The translations under genes and the position numbers were made by a program. Below are positions 11,824 through 24,450 of a DNA stretch of 64,000 bases, in pieces. The DNA is from Octopus sinensis (taxonomy: Eukaryota). The notes beneath the pieces were generated by a model. That model was not told the DNA's origin. It ran no database searches and worked only from the letters and a program-made list of their open reading frames with translations. Location: positions 137,826,001 to 137,890,000 of the forward strand of contig NC_042998.1 of NCBI RefSeq assembly GCF_006345805.1, given 5' to 3'. The number at the start of each line of letters is the position of its first letter. Position 1 is the first letter of the stretch.

Positions 11824-13102
11824 TCAGATCATCCCATAAGTTCTGTCTGATTTTACCTTTTTTAAAATTGAATGAAATGTAATAGTATTTTAGAATGTCT
11901 AATGGAATTAAAAATTACTTTTATGCATTTGTGTACATTTAAACTAATTAAATATTATTTTACAGAATAATAGAATTAAAATTTCTTTGATTAAAACCCT
12001 TTCTAACATGGAAGTTTCCAAAGAGCATTTGAGGCACATATTGCTTTATGAGTACAAAAAAGGAAACTCTGCAGCCGAAGCAACTTGAAACATACACTCA
12101 GTTTATGGGAAAGAATGCTTGAATAAAAGAACTCGCAGAAGATGGTTAGCAAAATTCAGAAGTGGAAATTTCAGCCTTGAAAATGAAAATCGAACAGGAC
12201 GTCCAGTTGAATTTGATGATAAGCTCCTTGAGGCATTACTTGAAGAAAATCCTGCATTATCAGTTGAAGAATTGGCAATAAAGCTTAGTTCAAACCATAC
12301 AACTGTTCATCATCATCTTCAACAACTTGGAAAGGTTCCTAAACTTGGAAAATGGGTGCCTCATGAACTGTCCGAAAGCAACTACAAATCCTGAGTTGAC
12401 ACCTGCTCTTCTCTCCATTCTCACAAACTCATTTCACCCTTTTTGGATAGACTTGTGACTGGTGACGAAAAATGGATCTTCTATCGAAATGTTAAACACC
12501 GTAAACAGTGGCTTGGTAAAAGGGAAAAAGCTCAACCACAACCAAGAAGGGAACTTTATGGGAAAAAGGTTCTTCTCTCTATCTGGTGGGATTGCAAAGG
12601 AGTAATTCACTTTGAATTGTTACCACCTAATGCATGCTCAAGTCTACTGTCAGCAATTACAGTGTTTGAACCAAGTTTTGAAGAAAAAAGACCCGCTTTA
12701 GTGAATCAAAAAGGAGTGATGTTTCATCAGGACAATGCGCGACCCCATACTGCAAAAACCACATCACAGAAAATCGAAGAGCTTGGTTGGGAAAAAATTC
12801 CTCATCCACCTTATTCTCCTGACCTTGCTCCTTCAGACTACCATTTGTTTTGTAGTTTACAGAATCATTTGGGGTACATAACCTTCGCAAGCCAGGAAGA
12901 GGTTGAAACTGACATTTCAGAGTTCTTCACTTTGAAACCAAAAGAGTTTTACATTGATGGGATTAAAAAGCTTGTAAATAGATGGAAGGTAGCTATAGAT
13001 AATCAGGGAAAGTACATTGATGATTAAATTTCAATTAAATATAACATTTGATCACTTGTTCTCTTTATTCAAAATTTGGACAGAACTTATGGGATGACCT
13101 GA
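11824..13102 (+). mobile_element. Near full-length mariner (Tc1/mariner, D,D34D) element in NDUFB8 intron 4, antisense to the host
   Basis: 24-bp TIRs tcag(a/g)tcatcccataagttctgtc at 11824 and ending 13102, both flanked by TA; length 1279 bp. Confidence 0.93.
12008..13027 (+). pseudogene. Mariner transposase pseudogene
   Basis: ATG at 12008 (MEVSKEHLRHILLYEY). In-frame TGA at 12086 and 12392 and a short compensated frameshift near 12630-12680. Motifs WVPHEL, VTGDEKW, HQDNARPH and YSPDLAPSDYHLF are present. Confidence 0.93.
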
Positions 13103-13445
13103 TATGTTATACAAAAACATTTCACGTAACCCTGGAATTTCTACCTTCATAAGTAAGCTGTAACATCCTTGGCACTTATGTGAATTTTTGCTACCCTGGT
13201 AACTATTTATTTTTTCCGTGTTATTTGTACACTGAAAAAATACTCACTCACATACACACATATATATATTTATTTATTAACCATTTAAACAGAGTTTGCT
13301 TTAAAAATTCAAGCCACTGAATTTGAATAATTGTGTTAACACATTGCTATACCAATAATTGATAAATGAGAGTTCATAATTATGTGATCATAAAATTTGG
13401 TAAGCAAATCAGTAATGTAAAAAGAAAAAAACGTTTCATACTTAC

Positions 13446-13536
13446 AACAGCTGGATGTAAAACAATTGAAGATGTCAAGTAAGCTGCTAATGCTACACCC
13501 CCTAGTATTCCAAAAAATACCAGTGCTTGCACTTTT
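13446..13536 (-). CDS. NDUFB8: NDUFB8 exon 4 (transmembrane segment)
   Basis: tttctag acceptor and gtaagt donor. Encodes (L)KVQALVFFGILGGVALAAYLTSSIVLHPAV; phases match exons 3 and 5. Confidence 0.88.
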
Positions 13537-15046
13537 CTAGAAATACAAGTAGATAATGACCATTAATGAAGATGTATTATACAAGTGTATATGTGGAGGG
13601 GGAAATACCTTATTACTGGCACATATTAACAAAACAAATGCTTTTCAAACATATCTCAACCATAACACCTTTAACCCTTTAGCATTCAGATTACTGTCAA
13701 ATATAATATTTGTTTACTTTGTTTTGAATTAATCATGCATTATGTCATAGCTTTGACATTTTGATGGTATGATTGTTTACTTTTGAAATGACATTGTTGG
13801 GTAGGTGTTTGACCATAAAAGAGGTAAAATTTTCAGGCTAGTTATGGCTGGTTTAGAAGCTAAAGGGCTAAGTCCTAAATAATTTGAGTCTAACCTCTCT
13901 TTAGCATGATACCAATTTGGTTTCTGGTTTAGCCATGAGATTAAGAAGTTCACTTTGCAATCACGTTGCTTTACTTTGATCCCAGTGTTGGGGACCTTGG
14001 GCAAGTGTTTTCTACCATGACTTCAAATCAGCCCAAGCTTTGTGAGTTAAACTGAGTAGAAATACAACTGTTTGGGAGCACATTGGATTGTGCTTGTCCA
14101 TTGGTGGTAGACCTGATCTCAGGTTAACACTATCACCTAGCTTTTGGATGCCTTCAAAAGAGTCCACTTTATTGCAAACATTCAGGCTAGGTTTGTAGTT
14201 TGAGGAGAAATACAGTACACTAGACTGGTTTACATCTATCTTTGATCACAGCTCATGAATTACTGCTGCAATTCATGAGATGTGATTTATTCCTCCACCT
14301 ACATCAGAAGCCCATTAAATTTAGTGGTTGCTGCCTTTTTCATCTTTTAAGCTGTACTAAAAATATAACTCAGTCATGAAACGTATCACCTAATATTTTC
14401 AATCAGTAGTTACTAACAAGTTTCTTCTGTAAGCAATATCATTTGGTCATCTTTAACGTAATAAATATTACTTTCCAATATATATTATATAGAATCAACC
14501 ACATGTCTAAACATCTGCCCAAACCTCACTTTAGTACATTAATACAGTTACCACATCATAAATTGAAGCTTGACATACAATATCATAGTTTTTACACCCT
14601 GAAAATATGAGTATAGTCAGCTGGTAGAATATCAAACATTCTTACTATAACTGTAGTCACCTCATTAAAGTTAGTGAAGTTATTTTGATTCTGGGAGGAT
14701 CTGAACTAATTCCTTTATGATTAGAAAAAATTATGAGAAGTTACTCCAAACTACAATCTGAAATGACTTTTGCTCAATTATAGAAACATATTACACAATC
14801 AATGAAAACACTGACTAGTTTTAGCTAATTTTAAAATAATAATGACTTTAATAAAATAACTGTCATTATTAATCTGGTGTGTGGAACATGAATTAACATG
14901 AAATTTGAAGGAAGGTTTTAATTTAGATGACAACAGGAAGTTTGTATCTAGAGTAGGTTAATATCAAAAAGGTTAATTATATATTTTACATGCCAAATCA
15001 ACTAACCTGAGAAATTAGTTAACATATTCGAAATATTAATACTTAC

Positions 15047-15120
15047 AGAGAGTGACGTAGATTATCAATAACATCAGGGCTCATCCTATCTTCAGTCAAC
15101 CAGTTAGATTCTGCATGCAT
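15047..15120 (-). CDS. NDUFB8: NDUFB8 exon 3
   Basis: ttttcag acceptor and gtaagt donor. Encodes MHAESNWLTEDRMSPDVIDNLRHS, following ...NFGEP as in EPMH of NDUFB8. Confidence 0.88.
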
Positions 15121-15429
15121 CTGAAAAGTAACAATTATTTTAATCCTTTATCTGAAATATTATTATTTTATTTCTTCATCCAAACAATTTCTTTAAAATC
15201 TTTTATAAGTTTGCATCTAATTTTTCCATGACACAATAAGTGAAATGGCTATGTAATTTTAGGCTTGTACATAATTTTTCTTTTTTCATCTGAGATATGA
15301 TTTTTACATGTAGACATCTAATACTCACCTATCTTCTCAAGACAAACAATAACACAACAAGTATAAGAAGTTTTGAACTCACTGTTTGTTAGTAGGTCAA
15401 AATAATGCTTATCTAAAACTATCACTTAC

Positions 15430-15650
15430 TGGTTCACCAAAATTTCTCTTCAATTCAGGCATATCCCAATTCATATATGGATCCCTACCCTCAGCTGAAA
15501 CAGGAGGAAGCTTAGGATAGTCTCCTAGACCTGTACCATCATTTGGGTAAGGTTCATAATCTTCAAGTCGAAGACCATATTTTTTGGCTGCTCTTGCTCT
15601 TTCTTCTGGAGTTTCAGGAAACTTTTCAGGTTGCCAATCATGGTTCCAGT
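15430..15650 (-). CDS. NDUFB8: NDUFB8 exon 2
   Basis: ttttag acceptor and gtaagt donor. Encodes (Y)[73 protein letters not shown], the typical ASHI/NDUFB8 core. Confidence 0.95.
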
Positions 15651-15710
15651 CTAAAATAACAAATACATAAAGAAATGTAAGAAATCTTGTAAAAATGAAA
15701 TTTTAGAAAT

Positions 15711-16100
15711 AGGTATGTCTGTAGTTAAGGTTACTTTCCAATCATGTATTAAGTTCAGATCACTGCATGACACTTTGGGCAGGTATCTTCTACAATAGTC
15801 CTGGGTCAACCAAAGTCTTGAGTAGATTTAGTAGATGAAAACTGAAAGAAGCCAGTTGTATATAATATGGATGTGTCTCTTTGCCTTGACATCATACAAA
15901 AGTTGTAAACAAGCATCACCATCATATAAGTGATGTTATTCACTTTCAGCCTTCTGTGAAATCATGTCTAGCCATGGGGAAATATTAGCTCACTTGGAAA
16001 CAGGAGAGGGTTGGTGACATGCTGGACGTCCAGCTATAGAAGATCTACCTCAACAAATTTCATCTGATTCATGCAAGTATGGAAAATGGACGTTAAAATA
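15711..16100 (+). mobile_element. tRNA-derived SINE (abundant family) with RTE-LINE-like 3' tail
   Basis: Decayed A/B-box head and core 'caaagtcttgagtagatttagtagatgaaaactgaaagaagcc'. The tail 'catgcaagtatggaaaatggacgttaaaa' matches the LINE 3' end. Confidence 0.7.
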
Positions 16101-18008
16101 ATATCATTGTTGCTGAATATAATGAAGTTACAGACATGGGGCTGTTTCTTCTAGAACAGAGCTGATGCTACTACACTATTGTTGGTTCAAAGAATGATAC
16201 AGCATTAGAACTATTTCCAAATTGTGACTATTATTAAAGAATCACTCAGAACTGTTGTCTTTGAATCTAGATGGTAAACTGGCAGTCATTAGAGCATTGG
16301 ATAGAATACCTGATGATATTTGTTCCAATTCTCTATGTTCTGAGTTCATATCCTGCCATGGTCTACTTTACCTTCCCCCTATTTTAGGGGTTTGATAAAA
16401 ACAGTACATTCAGGGCACTGGATTGGCAGAACTGTAAAAACATTGGATGCCTTTTGGTGTTTGCTTCGGGTCTTTGTTTTCTTTATTCAAATCTTACTGC
16501 TGCTTATTTGGGTGGCAGACTTAATACATTGCCTGATTTAACACTACCATTTGGCTAATTAGGTGCTTTTAGTAGACTCCACTCTGTTGTAAGTATTTGG
16601 ACTTACTGTTTCCCACCCATTGGTCTTGGAGACATTGTAAAGAGTGATGCCTTCTGCTCTGACTAAAATAATCAAAAAATAAAACAATAACAACAGCAAC
16701 AAACCTTTCAACTATAGACAGAAAGTCTAAAATTGTTAGGGGAGACGTCTAATTGATTATATCGACCTCAAAGCAATGAAAGGCAAAAATCAACCTTGGC
16801 TAAATTTTAACTCAAAAAGCAAAGCCAGAGAAAATGCAACTAAGCATTTTGTCTGGCATGCTAAACAATTCTGCCAGCTTGCTGCAGTAATAATAATACT
16901 TCTTTCTAATTTTGACACAAGGCTAGCAATTTTGAGGGTGAAGGGAAGTCAATTACATTGACCCCAGTGTTCAACTGGTACTTATTTTTATTAGCTACCA
17001 AAAAGATACTGGTGCTTATTTTATTGACTTCGGCAGCATAACAATACGGTTCTTTTGAAAATACTAGATATCAGCACAGAACAGGAAAGCAAATTATCTA
17101 AAGTTTAGAAAATAACGTTTTGGGCCATTAAAAACGAAAGGGGTGACTAACACAGCTCTCAGGCTAGGTGGAACAGCCTAACTCATTACGGATGTTAAAT
17201 GATGTTATGAGAAGCCGCAGTTAAAGATAGGTGGAAATGTTATGGTTAGTGAGGACAATATTCAGGTATAGGATTAACGGTTGTTCCTGAAGTATTTTTT
17301 AGCTCTGAAGAAATGAAGACTTTGCCAAGTGTCCTTGGGTATGTGAAAAGTTATATGGAAATAAACGCCTAAAGTTATTGAAAAGTTTGACTAAGATAGT
17401 AAAGATTCTGAAATGAAACATAGGCTTTTGAGAACATTTTAGTGCTCACTGAAACCGAACATAGATTAATTCTAACACTATAAAGATGATCTCTTTTAAA
17501 TCATTGTTGTTATTTGAAGTTAGGTGTTGACAGATCAACAATATACAAATCCTAAATGAAAGATGAACCAAAATAACAGAATGAATCATATTCGAGTAAA
17601 TTTATTGCTTCGATGATCTGGTGTTTGTTAATCTTGCAAACGTTTATAGTTTACTGTTTCTGTGTGAGAAAGGATAAAATGTAATTTTGGTATCTCTAAC
17701 AGTAACCGATTTTCCTTGCATAAACATACACTTTGAAGTAGACTATCTAAACTTGATTTTAAACGTTTAAAAAAATATGAACCAGTATTTAAATTATGCT
17801 TTAGAATTGAGTTAAGCACGTAAAATTAATAACGGAATTTATTCTCATCAATTAATAAGAAATCACGTCATACATTGAACGAATGGAACAAGTATTTCAG
17901 AAAGAAATATATTGTTAACCAAGGTCATAAACAGATAGTTTGATAATACAGTAAAAACAAAGATATAAAGTAAATAATACTGAGGAGAAATTTGAGATGA
18001 TACTTTAC

Positions 18009-18111
18009 ATGCAGCTAATGGACGTCCAATATGTATTTTTCTTATTTGGTTGACCGAAGAAACTGATCGAAAAGCAGAGACTGCTCGATTAAAGCTTCGA
18101 AACGAAGCCAT
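18009..18111 (-). CDS. NDUFB8: NDUFB8 exon 1 (mitochondrial presequence)
   Basis: ATG at 18111. Encodes MASFRSFNRAVSAFRSVSSVNQIRKIHIGRPLAA, Arg/Ser-rich with no acidic residues. The donor T|gtaaag joins exon 2 'ac' to give TAC (Tyr). The five exons total 591 nt = 196 aa plus stop. Confidence 0.85.
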
Positions 18112-18281
18112 TTTTTTAGTTGGAGTCGAGGAGATTACTTGTAAGGGAAGTAACTCTTATAAAAGTCGTTCCAAGGTGATGTCCAGCTTCTCTCTTCGAT
18201 ATGAAAATATGAATTATGATTTTTGTTTACAGAATAATTTTAGAATAAATTACAGAATAATTTTGAATAAATCGACTCAAT

Positions 18282-18420
18282 GTGAAAGCGCGTTACCTAG
18301 CTGCAAGGTCGTGGGTTCGATTCCTGGTCCTGGGGCGCATTGTGTCCTTGAGTAAGACAATTCTTTTGCGTTGCTATAGTCTACTTAGCTGCACAAGAAT
18401 AACCCATGGTGCTGGTGGAG
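18282..18420 (+). mobile_element. tRNA-derived SINE head directly upstream of NDUFB8
   Basis: B-box ggttcgattcc followed by 'tgtgtccttgagtaagaca...ttgct..agtctact.agctg', the SINE body type also seen at 7085-7320. Confidence 0.65.
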
Positions 18421-18639
18421 CCCTCTCTCTTTCCAGCTGTGACATCCTGGATGTTCCGCTGGATCAATGAGGAGGCCGAGAGGCACCTGTCTACTCGCGA
18501 CTACATAGACACCTAAAGCAATTAGCGGAAGTATGATACTTGTAATTAAGCCATACTCACCTGTGAGTGACTGCTCACTATACTGTACATGTCAGGTATA
18601 TATTTTATTAACCATACAAAGAATGTAACGCAGTGAATC

Positions 18640-19030
18640 TGAAGATGGCAAGGTTTTTAGTCTGGTGTTCCACAATTTTCACCAGCACCTTCTGAAATTC
18701 AAATAAAATTTTCAAGTTTTCAATTGTATTTACTGATGATATAGGATGTCCAACTAATGACCAAAGGTGCAATGATTTGTATCATGTCATCAGCTAGCCT
18801 AAATCCTTAATCTTTGCTTCAGTCCATCTTGGTGAAACATAAAAACCATTCTTTATAGGTGAAAAAGAGATATTGAATTCACCACCACAAGCTACTGAAG
18901 CTCTTGTTACTTATACAATGCTCCAGAAAAATTATAGGCTTCACCATTATAGCATTGTGCTCCTGTTTAACTAACTCTTCTCTGATAATGTCAAAAGGGA
19001 TTTTGTATGCTTAGATCATTGCTGGTGTCC
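18640..19030 (-). mobile_element. Decayed RTE-like RT remnant
   Basis: Minus-strand peptide remnants resemble the KAFD...LY...QG..LSP region, with many stops. Confidence 0.4.
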
Positions 19031-20302
19031 CCCACTCTAAGTTTTTTTGCTGTTCATGTGGCCCTAGTAAATAGATATCTTGGAATCAACAAACAAGCTA
19101 TTATGAGGTCAATTGGTCTGGGAAAAATAGCAGCCTAATTTACCTCAAAATAAACACTACTTCAGACCGTTGCTCCATGTGGAGCATAGGCCTTTGAAGA
19201 CTTTTCTAGACTCTGGTCTATCTTTTCTGCTTCTCTCCAGTTGGATCACTGCTTTTCGTTTGCTTTAGTATCTCTTCTTCTTGAGAGAAGGCTTTCCTCT
19301 CCCAGGTCTTGTTGGGTTTGAATTGTTATTGTAACTTTGGTTTTTTCTAGGTATGGAGCCCTATATAACAGGTTGGCTCATACAGAAACACAAAAGTTGT
19401 CCTCATGATATGTCTCTATCTACTTCTTTTAGTTATATATATCAACTTGTTTTTCTTTGAACCCACAATCGAGGGCTCTTTCTTTCTCCAAATCATCTCA
19501 TCTCTGGGTTTGTCTAGCTTTTAATCAAAAGTTACCAATCCTATTTGAGCAATACAGTATTCATCAGGGAAAGACTTAACATTCACAACCATTTGTCTAT
19601 TGTTTTACGTTGAGTGCAAATTCTAGCTGGATTGTTTGTCTGGTAATTGGTCAGCAAATGGTAAAATTATTCATGTTAGAGACCACCTTGAGTCTGAATT
19701 TTCTTTTATACTTTCTCCCCTCTCCATAACTTCCAAACTGCAGAAGCTATCATAGTATTGCCCGATATCATTATTGTTTTAACATTCACTTTCCTGTGGT
19801 TACTTGAGGCTGATGGAATTTACTGAAGTAAACTTTCTATGGCTGGATACCCTTCCTATCACCAGTCCTCACCTGTTCCCAAGCAAGGTAATATTTTCCT
19901 GTAGCCAGACGTTTTGCAGAATATTGGAAATGAATGACACTGCTTGTGTGACAGTAACAGTCATTTTACAACTATCATGCAGTGTTAAGACAAAGATGAC
20001 ACACACACACACAGAGTCAACAGGTGAGATCCAGAGATGTTCAATATAGAAAACATGTAGTTCAATGATTTGAACTTATATTCTGAAATCTTTATAGAAG
20101 ACTAAGTCCACAGGGTAAAGAAAGGCTATAAGAGAAATCCAGGTGAGCTGATATGAAATACCGTGCCCTCTCCCCTTAGTTTACTGTACGTTTTGTACTC
20201 CATGTAAATCTTTTCTGTAAATACATGAATATGTATATGCTTATACTTGAATGTTCATATTCTGAATATTTTCACATTTTGTTTCTCCATATATCTATAA
20301 AT

Positions 20303-20660
20303 TGGCTATGTGGTAAGAAGCTTGCTTTCCAACCACATGGTTCCAGGTTCAGTCTCACTGTGTGGCATCTTGGGCAAGTGTCTTCTACTATAGCCTTGGG
20401 CTGACCCAAACCTTGTAAGTGGATTTGGTAGATGGAAACTGAAACAAGCCTGTCGTATATATGTTTGTGTGTGTGTCTGTTTGTCCCCTCCACCATCACT
20501 TGACAACCAATGTTTATGTTCCTGTAACTGCGGTTTGGCTAGAGACCAATAGAATAAGTACTAGGCTTACAAAGAATAAGTTCTGGGATCAATTTGTTTG
20601 ACTAAAGGCAGTGCTCCAGCATGGCTGCAGCCAAATGATTGAAACAAGTGAAAGAATATC
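20303..20660 (+). mobile_element. Abundant tRNA-derived SINE (full head plus body)
   Basis: tggctatgtggtaagaagcttgctttccaaccacatggttccaggttcagtc...gtggatttggtagatggaaactgaaa... Similar copies lie at about 4775-4910, 5570-5720, 6600-6720, 24480-24680(-), 25200-25340, 40490-40630, 43568-44017, 44040-44175(-), 58560-58870 and 62088-62460. Confidence 0.85.
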
Positions 20661-20689
20661 ACTATATATATTTACATGTGTATATCATC

Positions 20690-21650
20690 CTTATCATTTA
20701 ACATCTGTTGTCCATGCTGGCATGGGATGGATGGTTTAACTGGGGCTGGGAGGCTGCACCAGACTCCAGTCTGATTTGGCATGGCTTCTACAGCTGGATG
20801 CCCTTCCTAATGCCAAGCACTCCAAAACGGTTCTTTTACGAGCCATTTGCATGACACCAATATCTGTCATGACTGCAGTTTTTCTTGGCTTGATGAGTCT
20901 ATCTCGGTCATTGCCTCCAAGAGGTCCAACACTCAAAAGATGCTTCAAAGGTCTTGGTCATTGACTCTGTGAGGCCCAACACTCAAAAGGAGTTCAGCCA
21001 CTTTACCTCTGTGAGGCCCAATGCTCAAAAGGTGCTTTTTATGTGCCAGTTACATGATACCAGCATCAGCCCCGACTGCGATTTCACTTGGCTTGATGGG
21101 TTTTCTCAAGCACAGCATATTGCTAAAGGTCTTGGTCACTAGTCATTGCCTCTGTGAGGCTCAAAGTTCGAAGATCATGCTTCACCACCTCCTCCATGTC
21201 TTCCTGGGTCTACCTCTATCACAGGTTCCCTTCACAGTTAGAGATTGGCACTTCTTTACGTAGCTGTCCTCATTCATATACGTCACATGACTATAACAGT
21301 GCAGTCATCTCTCTTGCACACCACATCTGATGCCTCATGCCTAACTTTCTTTCAAGATGCTTACACTCAGTTGGACATGCACTCTGACAATGCACATCTA
21401 GCAAAGCATGCTGGCTTCATTTCTTTCAAGCCTATGCATGTCCTCGGCTGTCGTAGCCCATGTTTCACTGCCATGTAGCAGTGTTGGAAATAAAGGGTCA
21501 CTCTCTCAGAGTGACCCTTTATTTCCATCAGAGATAGGAGTGCTCTGAACTTTGCTCAGCTTGATCTTATTCTCACAGCTACACTCTTGGATCATCCACC
21601 TAGATAATGGAAGCTATCTAATACCTCCAGCTTATCCCACTGACAGTTGA
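20690..21650 (-). mobile_element. RTE LINE 3' fragment (same family as 7361-8742)
   Basis: Reverse complement of ORF-end motifs (GRPRKTW, LHGSETWA) plus the 3' UTR and tail. Confidence 0.8.
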
Positions 21651-23719
21651 TTAAACCCAAGTGTGTTTATATGTATTATTATCCACCCTCTCTCTCTCTA
21701 CATATATATATATACATATTGGTAATCACTTAAAGAGACACACCTACACTGATGGATACTCCAAAACCAGTAGTTCAGTATCCCACCCATAATGGATTGA
21801 TGCTAGAGGGGTCAAAGCAATTATTGTGATCAATAAATTATCTTCTATCTTTAATCTTCCATCTTTCTCATTAATCAAATCCCAAGCAAACACTGTGAAA
21901 GTGAACATATTTTACCAGTAAGCTACCAAGTGTATACCATATGATTTATTATTTAATAATATAAGTGTGTGTGTGTAATAGAATAAAGCAGACAACTGGT
22001 ATCAGGTCAGATTATGTCAAGTACATAATTATACATTGATATAACAAGGGTGGAAACTCCTGTAATATTCCTTTCTACCATCATGTTATATTAATGTATA
22101 AATCATAAATGTCATATGACCTGGTACCAGTTATTTGCCTATCTGTATGTTTATACTTGTACCAGCTGAACTGGAACGCTGCCTATAGACAATCTTCATT
22201 TGGCAGCTATAACTTGCTTGCATTTAAAGTTGTAGTTCAGGCAGAAAATCAACCTGAGTACTAATTGTATATACCTATTATCTTACGTCATAATACCTGA
22301 AATATATATAAAACTATTAGTAGCACTTAAATGCATGCATTGTGCCCATTAAATAAATATTTATCTCTCACTAGATGGAGTACTTTTTTTGTTGAATTTT
22401 CAACTATGGAAATGGAACAGTACATTATACACACACACATATATATATATATCCACCTTAATTTTATGGCAGTGTATAAGTATATAACCTGAAAATATAA
22501 AGTATATAACCTGAATTGATATCAGTTGTCTGTGCTCATGCAACATAAAAAGCACTCTGTCCACTCTGCAGGGTGGTTGGTGTTAGGAAGGGTATCCAGC
22601 TGTAAAAGCCATGCCAAAAGAGACACAGAAGTCTGGTGCAGTCTTCTGCCTGGCCAGCTCCTGTCAAACTGGCGAACCCATATGCCAGCATGGAAAGTGG
22701 ACATTAAATGATGATGATGATGATGATATATATGTATATATATATAGACAATTCAAATAAATAAGGAGAATTATACATCTACACAGTTTTTATTATTACA
22801 GTCATTTACACAGCATATCTAAGTTGAACTTCAGTCCGACATATGTTTCTGCTGCATGGATATCTCACAATGTGGTCTTCATTTGCTTCTTATTTGTTCA
22901 TCTGCATCCAAATTTCATTCAACTTAAAAACATGTCCATGCAGGTTTATTCATGGTGTTGCCACTGCTAAAGTCTGAAGCGAATTGGAGTATAAAGGTTG
23001 GGGCAGTCTTACATCTCAGTAGGAGATGATTAGTGTTGAGTGCAAAGAATAATAGAGGAAGTAGTGAGAAATCTGATATGGCCATCAAGTCCATTATCCG
23101 ATTGACCCTAAAGTTTAAATTTCAAATCATGAATGTTAAATATTTGACTACATCAGTATATATTTCATCCGCTAGCCTTAAGCTAAATGGACAGGAATTA
23201 ATTTCATTGATAGATATATACAATTAAAGGCCATGAAGCCAAATATAAAATATACTGAATTTACTTGTAAGGTCAGTGTATTGTAAACAATATGGTAGAT
23301 TACTTCCACCTATAATAAAATCAGAATTTTTAACTTGTGATATGTATCAACTAGTTTTTCTCTGAGCTTACACTCAATTGAAGGCTCTTTCAGCTTCCAT
23401 GCTTTCTTTCTCCAAACCATCTTGTCTCTGGGTCTGTCTAGCTCTTATTCAAAAGTTACTAATCTTATTTGAATGATACATTATTCACCAGGGAAAGACT
23501 TCACATTCACATGTATATAATAAAGTATTCCATATGTGAAGTGTTATGCACGTAAAATATTAATTGGTTGGAGAAGTCTTGAGTGAGTTAATATATGGCT
23601 CACTTAGGAAATAGGTAAAAAATGTTATAAATTAGGAAACCCAGGACTGCTGCAGTAGATTTCCTTTGTTATTATTTGGTTTGGATTTAAAAATTCAAAG
23701 GGGACTAAGCCTTTCATAT

Positions 23720-24450
23720 CCTAACAAATAAATAACAATATCTTACATGGATGAAGACCTTCTTTAGCCTGGGGTGCCAGTGTTTCTCCTTTCCCTACCC
23801 ACTGTCTTTGGCACTTGACATTTTTATAGAGAACCTGTTTCTCATCATCAGTCACTATTTGGTCCAAAAAAGGTTCATTTGTGAGACATGACAGCAAAGA
23901 GCACACATTCACTCTCTGCACATGATTAGACTTGGAAATTTGTGAGGAACCCACTGACCCAATTTGCTGACTTTTCCGATGGCATGCAGGTGTCGATGAA
24001 TGGTTGAATGACCAAATCCAAGCTTCTCTGCTACTACCAGAGTTTGTAGGATATCCTCGTCAAACTCTACAGATCTCCCAGGATGAAGCATATCTTCTAG
24101 GTTGAAGTTTCTGGCTTGGAATTTTTGGAACCACCATTGACACTGGCTTACACTTATTGTACAATCATATACTGCATTAATATTCCTTGCACTTTCCATT
24201 GCGTAGTTGCTCTTATTAAACTCATAAACCAAAATATGCTGAATATGCTCCTTTGTGACTTCCATTATAGCTTTGAAAAAATAACTGTTAAAATCGAACT
24301 GCACTCTTCAAACCTAGCACTAAGAATAAGGACAAGGTAAAGTTACTACCTACTTTTATAGCAAGTTGATGCAGGTAGTTTATCCTGTCCCCCTCTGACT
24401 TTTAGTTCATGTAATTGAACAAAAACGCATTATTTATGGGATGATCAAAT
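23720..24450 (-). mobile_element. Mariner 5' half remnant (related to the 11824-13102 element)
   Basis: MEVTKEHIQHILVYEFNK...GQWVPHK, then LDQIVTDDEKQVLY. TIR-like atttgatcatcccataaa at the 24450 end; the 3' half is missing. Confidence 0.85.

Noticed and set aside
11824-24450. Composite transposon: two inward-facing mariner 5' ends bracketing NDUFB8 exons 1-4
   Set aside because: The TIRs differ beyond a short core, both transposases are dead, and there is no shared TSD; independent insertions are simpler.
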